A DNA stretch of 64,000 nt from an uncultured Clostridia bacterium (GCA_964639175.1 CAZXCE010000001.1:2188-66187); one strand, 5' to 3'; shown: positions 47,057 to 57,084, counted from the first letter of the stretch. The notes: a model not told the origin generated them from the letters alone. Program-made: numbers and translations.

Positions 47057-48913
47057 ATGCGGAAAATCTGGATTCTTTGGCACCTGGTTTTTACATTGTT
47101 CGTGGCCTTTCAATTCTCTGAACTTGTGCTGGCGCATGGGGATGAAGATCACGGCACCGAAACAGCCGACGTTCAAAGTGAAAATCAAAATGTCAAGCAA
47201 GCAACCCAAACGGTTCAAACTTCGCAGGGAACCATCAAATTAACGTTACGACAAATCCCTTCTTCTCCTCAGGCTGGGGAGGAAGTGCAATTTGAACTCA
47301 AAGCCGTGGAACTGGTTGAAGGTGGGTTAGCTGGTGGTGAACTCCCATTAACTGATGCCCAGGTGACAGCCAACCTGCGGGCTGTCACGGGGAAAGTCCT
47401 GACTGCAAATCTCAATGCTCACCAGGAAGATCAACCGGCTGTCTATGGAGTTCATTTTACTTTTGAAGATGGTGGCGGATATGTGCTGGGGTTTTCCGTC
47501 AAAACCGGTGATGATCGCCTTTTTTCAGATGAATTTCCAATCACAGTCCAACCCAAACCAATCAACTACGTGGCGCTTGGAATCCAGACACTTGTTGTTC
47601 TGATTGGGTTGGTACTGATTGGCCGCAACTTGTTTCGGGCACAGGTTCGATCTTTACCCATCTTTAAAAGACTCACCGTACATTTGGCCGCCAATTTCAT
47701 CATTGTAGCTGTAACCATCGGGGTTGTTTTTGGTGTTGGGCGCTGGACGCCTTCGATTGAGCGACGAGAAATTACCCAGGTTCAGGCCGCCAGCGAAGAT
47801 GCCAGCAATGTGCTTGAAGTTGGAAAGGAAGCACAACTCAAATTTAAAATTCTGACTGATGTGGCACGCCAGGAGCAAATCAGGCGAACTGTTGTTACCA
47901 ATGGAAACGTTATGGTTCGGCCCCAATTCAAAGCGGAGGTGATGTCGCCTGTGGCTGGGAAAATTCTCGCTGCTTCCAACCGGTACACCGTTGGTGATCT
48001 GGTCAAAGAAGGCACTGTCCTTGCAGTGGTTGAACAAACACTTCCAGCACAAGATGCGGCAACATTGGAACTCAATCGGCTGCAAGTTCAAAATGACCGC
48101 ACCCGACTGGAATCCGAAGCCCGACAGTCACAAAAACGCCTTGATCAAGCTGTCATCAATCTCCAGCGAGCAGAACGGCTGTACACGCTCCAGGCTATCT
48201 CCCTCAAAGAACTTCAGCAAACCCAACTTGAAAAACAAATTGCTGATGATGATATCAAACGGGCCACCAAACAACTTGAAGTTTATCAAGCACCAATTGG
48301 GGTGATTGCACCAACTCGCCGGTTTGAAGTTCGTTCACCAGTGTCTGGTGTCATTGTCTCGACAGCACTCACCCCCGGAGAAGTGGTTGAGACAACTAAA
48401 GTCCTCTTCCTGATCGAAGACCTTAATCGGATGTGGATTGAAGCACAGGTTTACGAAAAGGATCTGGCAGTGGTCACGGGCAGCAAAACCGCCAGCTTTA
48501 CGCTTGAGAGTTACCCTGGGGAACTATTTGAAATTAATGGGAACGAAAACGGGCGGTTGGTGACAGTTGGTTCCACTGTGGATCCGCAAACTCGGACAAT
48601 TCCGGTGATTTACGAGGTAGATAACCGCCAGGGGAAGCTCAAAAATGGAATGTTTGCGCGGGTTTTGGTGATCTCCGGTCAATCGGTTGATGCGGTTACT
48701 GTTCCAAAATCAGGCGTTTATGATGATGCTGGGAGACAGTATATTTATGTATTCCTTGGTGGCGAGAAATTTGAACAACGTGAAGTGATAGTCGGAACTG
48801 AGACCACAGATCGAATTGAAATTAAGTCCGGCCTCAAAGCAGATGAACGAATTGTCGTCAACGGATTGCGACAACTACGCAATGTGGCGCTGCAAGGTGG
48901 TAATGCTAACTAA
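47057..48913 (+). CDS. RND periplasmic adaptor fused to an N-terminal HGDEDHG/Ig-like module and two TM helices
   Basis: Signal peptide ...SELVLA then HGDEDHGTE. Ig-like region (AVYGVHFTFEDGGGYVLGFSV). TM helices INYVALGIQTLVVLIGLVLIG and LAANFIIVAVTIGVVFGVG. Then the MFP core (RFEVRSPVSGVIVSTALTPGEVVETTKVLFLIEDLNRMWIEAQVYE). Confidence 0.85.
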   Translation: MRKIWILWHLVFTLFVAFQFSELVLAHGDEDHGTETADVQSENQNVKQATQTVQTSQGTIKLTLRQIPSSPQAGEEVQFELKAVELVEGGLAGGELPLTDAQVTANLRAVTGKVLTANLNAHQEDQPAVYGVHFTFEDGGGYVLGFSVKTGDDRLFSDEFPITVQPKPINYVALGIQTLVVLIGLVLIGRNLFRAQVRSLPIFKRLTVHLAANFIIVAVTIGVVFGVGRWTPSIERREITQVQAASEDASNVLEVGKEAQLKFKILTDVARQEQIRRTVVTNGNVMVRPQFKAEVMSPVAGKILAASNRYTVGDLVKEGTVLAVVEQTLPAQDAATLELNRLQVQNDRTRLESEARQSQKRLDQAVINLQRAERLYTLQAISLKELQQTQLEKQIADDDIKRATKQLEVYQAPIGVIAPTRRFEVRSPVSGVIVSTALTPGEVVETTKVLFLIEDLNRMWIEAQVYEKDLAVVTGSKTASFTLESYPGELFEINGNENGRLVTVGSTVDPQTRTIPVIYEVDNRQGKLKNGMFARVLVISGQSVDAVTVPKSGVYDDAGRQYIYVFLGGEKFEQREVIVGTETTDRIEIKSGLKADERIVVNGLRQLRNVALQGGNAN

Positions 48914-48941
48914 GCAGAACCATTTGGTCAGGAGAATTCTT

Positions 48942-49424
48942 ATGAACTTGTTTCAATCCCTTGTCATAGTTGTTCTGACAGGGCTATGCCTGGTTGGAAT
49001 TACAGCCACACAGCTCTCACTTTCTCAACCTCAAAACGAGGAAGACTCTGTCCGCAAAGTTCTGCTGGACAATGCCCGTGCTTTTGAGAAGGGTGACCTC
49101 AATGCTCTGGAGAAGCTCTGGGCAAATGACGAAAAACTCACGGTTTTTGAGGGAGGCCACAGCAATACAGGGTGGATTGATTACCGTGACCACCACCTCA
49201 AACCAGAACTCAAAGAAATGAAAGAAGTTTGGTATTCGTTGAGCAACCTCCAGGTGCATTTGGCTGGAACAACGGCCTGGGCGACCTTTGAATATACCAT
49301 CTCTGGAATTTCGAGTAAGGACCTGGTTCAGGGAGGTGGATTCGGAACCGCTGTTTTAGAGAAACGAAAAGACCAGTGGCGCATTGTTCATTGGCACTCA
49401 AGCAGCAAACCGAAAAAACGCTGA
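48942..49424 (+). CDS. Secreted SnoaL/NTF2-like (DUF4440-type) protein
   Basis: Signal peptide. VRKVLLDNARAFEKGDLNALEKLWANDEKLTVFEGG...WRIVHWHSS is the typical NTF2-like pattern. AGGAGA RBS. Confidence 0.7.
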   Translation: MNLFQSLVIVVLTGLCLVGITATQLSLSQPQNEEDSVRKVLLDNARAFEKGDLNALEKLWANDEKLTVFEGGHSNTGWIDYRDHHLKPELKEMKEVWYSLSNLQVHLAGTTAWATFEYTISGISSKDLVQGGGFGTAVLEKRKDQWRIVHWHSSSKPKKR

Positions 49425-49490
49425 CAAAACCAATTCAAGTGATGGGCCTGAGCTATCTCAGCAAGTTCGTTCTCAAGGAGGTTTGACCAT

Positions 49491-51089
49491 ATGAAAAACA
49501 TCTTTACCGCCCAAAATATCCAGTCAGGCTGTAGCTGGTTGACCCGACGGGATTTTCTCCGCTTGACAGGTTCAGGAGCGGCGGCTGTGGCGACTGGGAT
49601 ATTTCAGATTCCATCCATGGCTGCAGTCACCTCAAAAGCATTCCCCACTGCAAAAAGCACGTTTATTCCCGACGTTGAAATCGGTCTGCAGGCTATCCCA
49701 TTGGAAATTTCTTTGTTTCCAGGTCAGATGACTCGGGTTTGGACCTACCAGGGAACTGTGATCAGTGGAAATTCTGAGAGCCTGCAAATTCTACCAGGAA
49801 GTTATCTGGGGCCCATAATTCGGGTTCGCCAGGGGCAAAATATTCGCATTCATTTCACCAATGCCCTACCCGAAGCTTCCGTGATCCACTGGCACGGACT
49901 GCGTGTTCCATCGGAAATGGACGCCCACCCACGCTATCTCACCAATCCCGGACAGACTTATGTCTATGAGTTTCAGGTGAAGAATCGAGCCGGGACCTAC
50001 TGGTTTCATCCACACCCGGATGGACGCACGGGGCTTCAAGTTCACAACGGATTGGCTGGGCTCTTCCTGGTTTCAGACGACGAAACTTCGGCTCTCAAAC
50101 TTCCTTCCGGTGAGTTTGACATCCCGCTGGTGATTCAGGACCGTGTTGTTGATGCGAATAATCAGTTTTTATACGAGGGTAATGGAATGATGCATGGGAT
50201 GGATGGCTTTCTCGGCGACCGCATTCTGGTCAATGGAAAACCCGATTATACCCTGTCAGTGTCCACTCGCGCGTACCGAATGCGGTTATTGAATGAATCC
50301 AATTCCCGCATCTATAAATTGGCCTGGAGTAATGGTATGCCAATGACCGTCATTGGTACGGACGGCGGATTATTGGAAACACCCGTTTGGCGAAATTACA
50401 TCATGCTGGCACCGGGTGAGCGGGTCGAAATCGTAGTTGATTTCCGCAAACTTTCAGTTGGAGATACGGTAAAGCTTCTCAGCCTGGAGTTCAAAGGGGT
50501 TGAGATGGGGATGATGGGTGGAAATCAACTACTTGAGAATGGTGCTCCATTTAAAGTGATGAGCGTTGTTGTCGAGCGCAAAGAAAAACAGAAAAAATTT
50601 GCTGTACCAACCAAATTATCCACCATTCCCCGGTACCGCCTTGAGGATGCCATCAATCGTGACCGCCCACGAACCTTCGGGACGTCAATGCAACACATGA
50701 CCTGGTTACTAAATGGACGACCTTTTGAAATGAACGATGTGGCTGAGAATGAAATCGTTCAATTTGGTACGATGGAGGTCTGGAATTTAGTGAATGATCC
50801 TGGCTCAAGAGGAATGATGGGAATGAGCATGGCTCATCCAATTCATATTCATGGTGTGCAATTTCAGGTTCTTGAACGCCAGATTGCGACTGGATTTACG
50901 ACTGGCTGGGAAACAGTGCGTGCTGGGTATGTAGATAACGGCTGGAAAGATACGGTGATGCTCATGCCTGGCGAGCGGGTTCAATTGTTGCTCAGGTTCG
51001 AAGATTTCCCTGGGCTTTTTGTATACCACTGCCACAACCTGGAACATGAAGATAGGGGAATGATGCGGAATTTCCTGATCCGTTCCTAA
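49491..51089 (+). CDS. Tat-exported multicopper oxidase (CueO/CopA-like)
   Basis: Twin-arginine signal TRRDFLRL. Copper ligand motifs HWHGLRVP, WFHPHP, HPIHIHG, HCHNLEHEDRGMM. Confidence 0.95.
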   Translation: MKNIFTAQNIQSGCSWLTRRDFLRLTGSGAAAVATGIFQIPSMAAVTSKAFPTAKSTFIPDVEIGLQAIPLEISLFPGQMTRVWTYQGTVISGNSESLQILPGSYLGPIIRVRQGQNIRIHFTNALPEASVIHWHGLRVPSEMDAHPRYLTNPGQTYVYEFQVKNRAGTYWFHPHPDGRTGLQVHNGLAGLFLVSDDETSALKLPSGEFDIPLVIQDRVVDANNQFLYEGNGMMHGMDGFLGDRILVNGKPDYTLSVSTRAYRMRLLNESNSRIYKLAWSNGMPMTVIGTDGGLLETPVWRNYIMLAPGERVEIVVDFRKLSVGDTVKLLSLEFKGVEMGMMGGNQLLENGAPFKVMSVVVERKEKQKKFAVPTKLSTIPRYRLEDAINRDRPRTFGTSMQHMTWLLNGRPFEMNDVAENEIVQFGTMEVWNLVNDPGSRGMMGMSMAHPIHIHGVQFQVLERQIATGFTTGWETVRAGYVDNGWKDTVMLMPGERVQLLLRFEDFPGLFVYHCHNLEHEDRGMMRNFLIRS

Positions 51090-51130
51090 AGGAATGGCAT
51101 TTTTTTCAACAACACGAATGGAGGTATGTC

Positions 51131-52117
51131 ATGAACCATCAAATTCAGGCGGTTCAAAGTCTTTGTGTGTCTTTTTTTGCAATTTTTCTTGTTTTTTCAG
51201 CTCCCTCATTGGTTCAAGGAAAGCCTTTGCTGAATGGTGAGGCGGCGATGAGGGTCCAAGATCATCATTATACCTGCCCAATGCATGCTGATGTAACCTC
51301 TGATTTACCAGGCGATTGCAATAAGTGCGGAATGAAGCTTACCCCAAGGTCTAAAGACGAAAAACGTATCCAGGCTCAAATTTCGCTTGAAACATCTCCA
51401 TCTGTAGTTATGCCAGGTAAACCGTTTGTCGCTAGATTCAAGGTAACAGATGGAAATGGGACCGCTATCCGAAGATTTGAGGTTGTCCATGAAAAACTTC
51501 TTCATTTAATGATTGTCAGTCGAGATTTGAGTTACTTCGATCACATCCACCCATCACTCGCTGGAAATGTTTTTTCTATCAAGACCAAAGTTCCAAAAGC
51601 TGGAAACTACCGGATGTTTGCTGATTTTGTTCCGACGGGAGGCGATCAGGTCATTGGCAAACTGGATTTTTCGACCAGCGGCAAGCCAACAGATCCAGTT
51701 CCACTGGTTGCGGATACATCCATGACAAAGATATTTGGTACCGTTGAAGTAACCTTAACGCACAGTACGCCGACACTGAAAGCCGGAGAAAGTCTGTCCT
51801 TAACATTTTCCCTGGCTGATGCCAAAACGAAAAAACCCATTACTACCTTGCGTCCTTACCTTGGCGCCATGGGACATTGCGTCATTCTTGACCACTCAGC
51901 CACCGAATATCTTCACTCACATCCGGAAGAGAGCGGCGGTACCCATCACGAACATTCAAACGGTCAGGCTGAACATCACCATGCTCCTCAAGGATTGGGA
52001 GGTCCGGATGTCAGTTTCCACACACAATTTCCAAAACCGGGATTGTACAAGATATGGGGTCAGTTCAACCATCAGGGTAAAATTCTGACTGCTGAGTATG
52101 TCGTTGATGTGAAGTAA
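51131..52117 (+). CDS. Heavy-metal-binding-domain protein with an Ig-like domain and a His-rich C-terminal region
   Basis: YTCPMHADVTSDLPGDCNKCGMKL is the same CxxH...CxxC motif as in CusB at 31435. HLMIVSRDLSYFDHIHP. HSHPEESGGTHHEHSNGQAEHHH. Confidence 0.8.
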   Translation: MNHQIQAVQSLCVSFFAIFLVFSAPSLVQGKPLLNGEAAMRVQDHHYTCPMHADVTSDLPGDCNKCGMKLTPRSKDEKRIQAQISLETSPSVVMPGKPFVARFKVTDGNGTAIRRFEVVHEKLLHLMIVSRDLSYFDHIHPSLAGNVFSIKTKVPKAGNYRMFADFVPTGGDQVIGKLDFSTSGKPTDPVPLVADTSMTKIFGTVEVTLTHSTPTLKAGESLSLTFSLADAKTKKPITTLRPYLGAMGHCVILDHSATEYLHSHPEESGGTHHEHSNGQAEHHHAPQGLGGPDVSFHTQFPKPGLYKIWGQFNHQGKILTAEYVVDVK

Positions 52118-52137
52118 GTTATTGAAAGGGATGTCGA

Positions 52138-55100
52138 ATGCTGAATAAAATTATTCAATGGGCACTCAACAATCGGTTGTTGATGGTGGCTGGAGCCTCA
52201 CTGCTTCTCGTATATGGCACAATTGTGGTCATAAATCTCCCTGTGGATGTGTTGCCTGATCTGAATCGTCCAACAGTCACCATTATGACGGAGGCCCCAG
52301 GGTTGGCTCCTGAAGAAGTGGAAACCCTGGTCACTTTTCCCATTGAAACACTGATGAACGGTGCGACTGGTGTCGAGCGCGTTCGATCACAATCAGCCGT
52401 TGGACTCTCTGTAATTTTTATTGAATTTGGCTGGTCCACGGACATTTATATTGCTCGCCAGATCGTGAATGAAAAACTCCAGCTTGCTCGATCCAATCTT
52501 CCAGCGAATGTGACACCTGTTATGGGACCTATCTCCTCAATTATGGGCGAGATAATGTTGGTTGGACTTAAAAGCAAGGGAAATGTCACGCCACCGATGG
52601 ATGTTCGTACCCTGGCGGATTGGGTAATTCGTCCACGCCTTCTGACTGTGCCAGGTGTTTCCCAGGTCATTCCCATTGGAGGTGGGCGCAAACAATATCA
52701 GGTGCTGGTGGATCCAGCCAAATTGAGTCAGTTTAATGTCACACTCCAGGAAGTCCAGGAAGCATTAGTTCAATCTAACAGTAACACCACAGGTGGTTTT
52801 CTGGATAAATCAGGGCAGGAATATTTGATCCGTAATTTGGCCCGCTTTCGGTCGCTGGAAGAACTGGCTGGAACCGTTGTGACGTATCGCCAAAATACCC
52901 CAGTCTATGTCAAGAACATTGGGCAAGTGCAATACGGCCCACAGGTTAAACGCGGTGAGGCCAGCACTGATGCTGAATCAGCAGTGATCTTAAGTATTCA
53001 AAAGCAGCCCGGAAGCAACACATTGCAATTGACAGACCAGGTTGAAAAGGCACTGGATGAAATTCAAGCCGGCCTACCCGCAGACATTGTGATTCAAAAA
53101 GATTTGTTTCGGCAGGCGACCTTTATCTCAACCGCTATTTCAAATGTGAAAGAAGCTTTGCGCGATGGCGCCATTCTGGTGGCGATCATCCTGTTTATTT
53201 TTCTTCTGAATTTTCGCACCACTTTTATTACTCTGACGGCCATTCCCTTATCATTTATTATCACATTTTTTGTCATGAAATGGTTTGGGTTAACGATTAA
53301 CACCATGACGCTCGGCGGACTGGCGGTGGCAATTGGGGAGTTGGTGGATGATGCGATTGTGGATGTTGAAAATGTGTTCCGCCGGTTGAAAGAAAATCGT
53401 GAGCGGGGAAACATCAAACCTGCTCTGCGAGTAATTTTTGAAGCGTCGTCTGAAATTAGAAATTCGATTGTCTACGCCACAATTATTGTCGTACTGGTGT
53501 TTATCCCATTATTTGCTCTTTCAGGTGTTGAAGGCCGGCTTTTCGCGCCACTTGCCGTTGCCTACATTGTTTCATTGACCATGAGTTTGGTCGTAAGTCT
53601 CACGATCACGCCAGTCCTGTGCTCGTATCTGCTTCCAAAAGCAAAAATTATGGAACATGGTGAAAGCCTGTTTGTTCGGTGGTTAAAGAAACTGGATGCC
53701 CGATTGCTTCATATTACGCTGGATCATCCAATGGTGATTATTTGTGGGGCAGCCCTGTTATTCGGTCTGGCAATGGCGACAGTGCCATTCATGGGCCGCG
53801 AGTTCCTGCCTTCGTTCAACGAAGGCTCCCTGACCATCAACGTGCTCTCTGAACCAGGGATTTCATTAGCTGAATCAGACCAAATCGGAATGGTGACCGA
53901 ACAACTGCTACTCACCGTTCCTGAGGTAAAAACCACTGGGCGGCGTACTGGACGAGCCGAATTGGATGAGCATGCCGAAGGAGTCCATTATTCTGAAATT
54001 GATTGCGACTTACGAAAAAGCCCCCGAGAGAAAGAAGAGATTCTGGCTGACATTCGTGAAAAACTTTCTCTCCTGCCTGGTGTTTCGATCAATATTGGAC
54101 AACCAATTTCACATCGGATTGACCATCTTCTGTCAGGTGTGCGTGCTCAAGTCGCGGTCAAGTTATTTGGGGATGATTTAACAACCCTCCGTACCAGGGC
54201 TGAGGATATCCGAAAAGTCATGCAAGCTATTGATGGGGTGACAGATCTTTCCGTTGAAAAACAAGTCCTTATTCCGCAATTACGGATTGCTGTCAACCGT
54301 GAAGCTGCTGGACGGTATGGGTTGTTTCCGGGAACCGTGGCCGAGCAAATGGAAACCTTACTGAATGGTACAGTTGTGTCACAGGTTTTAGATGGGCAAC
54401 GAACATTTGATGTTCTTTTGCGACTCAACGAGCCCTCTCGCAATGATTTTGAAACAATCAAACAAATTCTGATTGATACACCTTCGGGTGCCAAAATCCC
54501 CATTTCCACTGTGGCTGAAATTCAGCCTGAGAAAGGACCCAACCAGATCCTGCGTGAAAATGTTCGTCGCCGAATTGTAATCCAGTGCAATGTTGCCGGA
54601 CGAGACCTTGGAAGTACGATTACGGAAATCCAGGCTCGGATCAAAAACCAGGTTCCTTTGCCAACCGGGTATTTTGTTGAATACGGTGGGCAGTTTGAAA
54701 GCCAGCGGGCTGCAACTCGACAACTTGGAATCTTGAGCATATTTACACTTATTGCCATTTTTATTGTGCTCTACAAGGCACTGGACGATTGGCGTATTGC
54801 ATTGCAAGTGATGGCAAATGTCCCGCTTGCCTTCATTGGCGGCGTGATCGCTGTTTTTGCCACTGGAGGGATCTTATCCGTTGCGTCACTCATTGGATTT
54901 ATCTCTCTGACCGGCATTACGGTTCGCAATGGCATTATGATGTTGTCGCACTACCAGCACCTGATGCGCGAAGAAGGCGAAGGCTTTACGCGCCAGATGA
55001 TTATCCGTGGTTCATTGGAACGTCTGGTTCCAGTTATGATGACGGCTTTGGTGGCGGCTCTTTCGCTGATTCCTCTGGCGCTTGGGGCCGGAGAACAAGG

Positions 55101-55281
55101 AAAAGAAATCCTCCACCCCGTCGCAGTGGTCGTTCTTGGAGGACTCATCACCTCAACGCTCCTTGATCAGGTTGTCACACCAGCATTGTTTTTCCGTTTT
55201 GGTCGAGTCAGCGCGGAAAAAATTCTGGGCAATCACGCCGAAGACTTAAACCTGGCTTCAAATATGACAATGAGTACCTGA
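52138..55281 (+). CDS. Heavy-metal efflux RND transporter (AIG-DDA-VEN variant, paralog of 19581-22724)
   Basis: 1047 aa. N-terminus MLNKIIQWALNNRLLMV. TM4 is GGLAVAIGELVDDAIVDVENVFRRL. Confidence 0.93.
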   Translation: MLNKIIQWALNNRLLMVAGASLLLVYGTIVVINLPVDVLPDLNRPTVTIMTEAPGLAPEEVETLVTFPIETLMNGATGVERVRSQSAVGLSVIFIEFGWSTDIYIARQIVNEKLQLARSNLPANVTPVMGPISSIMGEIMLVGLKSKGNVTPPMDVRTLADWVIRPRLLTVPGVSQVIPIGGGRKQYQVLVDPAKLSQFNVTLQEVQEALVQSNSNTTGGFLDKSGQEYLIRNLARFRSLEELAGTVVTYRQNTPVYVKNIGQVQYGPQVKRGEASTDAESAVILSIQKQPGSNTLQLTDQVEKALDEIQAGLPADIVIQKDLFRQATFISTAISNVKEALRDGAILVAIILFIFLLNFRTTFITLTAIPLSFIITFFVMKWFGLTINTMTLGGLAVAIGELVDDAIVDVENVFRRLKENRERGNIKPALRVIFEASSEIRNSIVYATIIVVLVFIPLFALSGVEGRLFAPLAVAYIVSLTMSLVVSLTITPVLCSYLLPKAKIMEHGESLFVRWLKKLDARLLHITLDHPMVIICGAALLFGLAMATVPFMGREFLPSFNEGSLTINVLSEPGISLAESDQIGMVTEQLLLTVPEVKTTGRRTGRAELDEHAEGVHYSEIDCDLRKSPREKEEILADIREKLSLLPGVSINIGQPISHRIDHLLSGVRAQVAVKLFGDDLTTLRTRAEDIRKVMQAIDGVTDLSVEKQVLIPQLRIAVNREAAGRYGLFPGTVAEQMETLLNGTVVSQVLDGQRTFDVLLRLNEPSRNDFETIKQILIDTPSGAKIPISTVAEIQPEKGPNQILRENVRRRIVIQCNVAGRDLGSTITEIQARIKNQVPLPTGYFVEYGGQFESQRAATRQLGILSIFTLIAIFIVLYKALDDWRIALQVMANVPLAFIGGVIAVFATGGILSVASLIGFISLTGITVRNGIMMLSHYQHLMREEGEGFTRQMIIRGSLERLVPVMMTALVAALSLIPLALGAGEQGKEILHPVAVVVLGGLITSTLLDQVVTPALFFRFGRVSAEKILGNHAEDLNLASNMTMST

Positions 55282-55294
55282 AACTGAAAATCTA

Positions 55295-56182
55295 TCACTT
55301 AAGATTTTCTGAAAGTCCGGGCCTTCTTTTCCACGGCCAACCAAGTTGCTCAAAGTAGGTGGTTGGAAAGTTCGGTTCCTCCTCAATTCCAACGTCCTGG
55401 CTTGTAAGATGACCAGAATGACTTCGATAAGTTTTGAAAAGCAAGTCCCATAAGGCAAAAAAAGCCCCAAAATTAACCCGACTCTTGTCAGCTTCCTTTT
55501 GATGATGCCAGCGATGAAGTTCAGCGACACAAAACAAGAATCGTAACCACCCAGCACGGTATGCAATGTTTCCATGCTGCAACATCATGTTAATTGCAAG
55601 AATTGACAGGGCACTGACCACAACCAGATGTGGCGCCCCAACCAAAAGAACAAGCGTCACCCCAGGTACTCCTTCCAGAAGTTGATGAATTGGATGACGT
55701 TTTTCACCATTAACCCAATACAATCGTTTTGAGCTGTGATGGATAGCATGAAATCTCCAAAGAAAATCGTTGTGATGACTCCACCGGTGTATCAAGTATA
55801 AAAACAGATCAATGATCGCCAAGCATAAAACAACCTGGAGTACAAATGGCCATTCGCCGGGCCATATTGCAATGATTGATAGTTTTTCAACCAAAAGGGC
55901 ATATCCCATCAGACTGCCCTGTTTAATCGCAAAGTTTACTGAATAGTGAAAAATGTCTGTTATCGTATCATTGTGATTGTTAATCCAATCGGGTTCATAG
56001 GGCATGAATCGTTCGAGGCAGAAAACACATACACCAGAAATCAGCCAAACCGGCACCACGACCTGTGCTGATGGGAGCCCAGCCCCAAGTCCCCAAATAA
56101 TAACCGCTCCGCCGCCAAGAACCAGTGTTGGGTAAATGAAAAATGACAAAATGGATTTTAGCAATACCATGCTTCCCCCCAA
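55295..56182 (-). CDS. Fatty acid hydroxylase / sterol desaturase-family membrane protein
   Basis: Histidine boxes HRWSHH, HAIHHS and HRWHH, with multiple TM helices. Confidence 0.85.
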   Translation of the reverse strand: MGGSMVLLKSILSFFIYPTLVLGGGAVIIWGLGAGLPSAQVVVPVWLISGVCVFCLERFMPYEPDWINNHNDTITDIFHYSVNFAIKQGSLMGYALLVEKLSIIAIWPGEWPFVLQVVLCLAIIDLFLYLIHRWSHHNDFLWRFHAIHHSSKRLYWVNGEKRHPIHQLLEGVPGVTLVLLVGAPHLVVVSALSILAINMMLQHGNIAYRAGWLRFLFCVAELHRWHHQKEADKSRVNFGAFFALWDLLFKTYRSHSGHLTSQDVGIEEEPNFPTTYFEQLGWPWKRRPGLSENLK

Positions 56183-56226
56183 TGTTGATAAGTGAATTTA
56201 AACTGCAACCAGGCTATCATTACCTT

Positions 56227-57036
56227 ATGGAAGAAAACTTGAACGATTCAGCTATGCGGGAACAAATCATCTGGAAAGGTAAGTTTACACTTTGGACTGG
56301 AGGAGGAGGATATGTTGGATACTCTTCCGATACAAAAATTCATGCTCATCACGCTCACCAGTTGTGTTTTGCGCTTGATGAGCCATTCAGGCTTCGATCC
56401 GAGCCATCACAAGATTGGATCGAATATTCAGCCGCGTTCATCGCTTCAGATGTGCCGCATCAGTTTGATGGCAGAGGAAACCGTGTTGTTCTGATATACC
56501 TTGATCCTGAATCTGAAGATGCCAGACGAATTCTGAACACATTCACTGGTATGGCAATTCAACCGCTTCCAACACAGAATCTATCATCGCTTTTGTTGAA
56601 GTTGAGTTCTGAACCCTTGATGCCAATCAACTCAATCCCATTCTTCAAAGGGATGATAACGGTGCTTGGCGGCGAAACCAGCGTCCCAGGTACAATGGAT
56701 CAGCGAGTTATTCAGGTCATCAGATTTTTGAATTCATTTGATGAAGAGATTCCGACATTGCATAGCCTTGCCCTAAAAGTAAGCCTATCGCCCAGTCGCC
56801 TGGGACATTTGTTTCGAGAACACACAGGATTACCACTTCGTCAGTATCGCTTATGGCTGCGGTTACAAAAAGCCCTCCAGTCTCTGACTCAAAATCATTC
56901 TCTCACCGTTGCAGCCCATATAGCCTATTTTTCTGACTCTGCTCATCTTAGCCGAACGTTCCGGCGCATGTTCGGCATTGCTCCATCTGAATTAAAGGTT
57001 GAATCAAATCAGGGAAAGAGTATTCCCATAAAATAA
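56227..57036 (+). CDS. AraC-family transcriptional regulator
   Basis: C-terminal double HTH (LALKVSLSPSRLGHLFREHTGLPLRQYRLWLRLQKAL...AHIAYFSDSAHLSRTFRRMFGIAPSEL). The start at ATG 56227 avoids overlap with the divergent gene. Confidence 0.85.
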   Translation: MEENLNDSAMREQIIWKGKFTLWTGGGGYVGYSSDTKIHAHHAHQLCFALDEPFRLRSEPSQDWIEYSAAFIASDVPHQFDGRGNRVVLIYLDPESEDARRILNTFTGMAIQPLPTQNLSSLLLKLSSEPLMPINSIPFFKGMITVLGGETSVPGTMDQRVIQVIRFLNSFDEEIPTLHSLALKVSLSPSRLGHLFREHTGLPLRQYRLWLRLQKALQSLTQNHSLTVAAHIAYFSDSAHLSRTFRRMFGIAPSELKVESNQGKSIPIK

Positions 57037-57084
57037 AAGACATGAAGCAGTTAGGGATATTCTGTTTATCCATTCATTATTACT

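Noticed and set aside
55286-55309. 8-bp-stem hairpin (gaaaatct-N8-agattttc) between the convergent RND and hydroxylase genes, considered as a bidirectional terminator
   Set aside because: The stem is short and AT-rich, has no U-tract, and its second arm lies inside the hydroxylase coding sequence.
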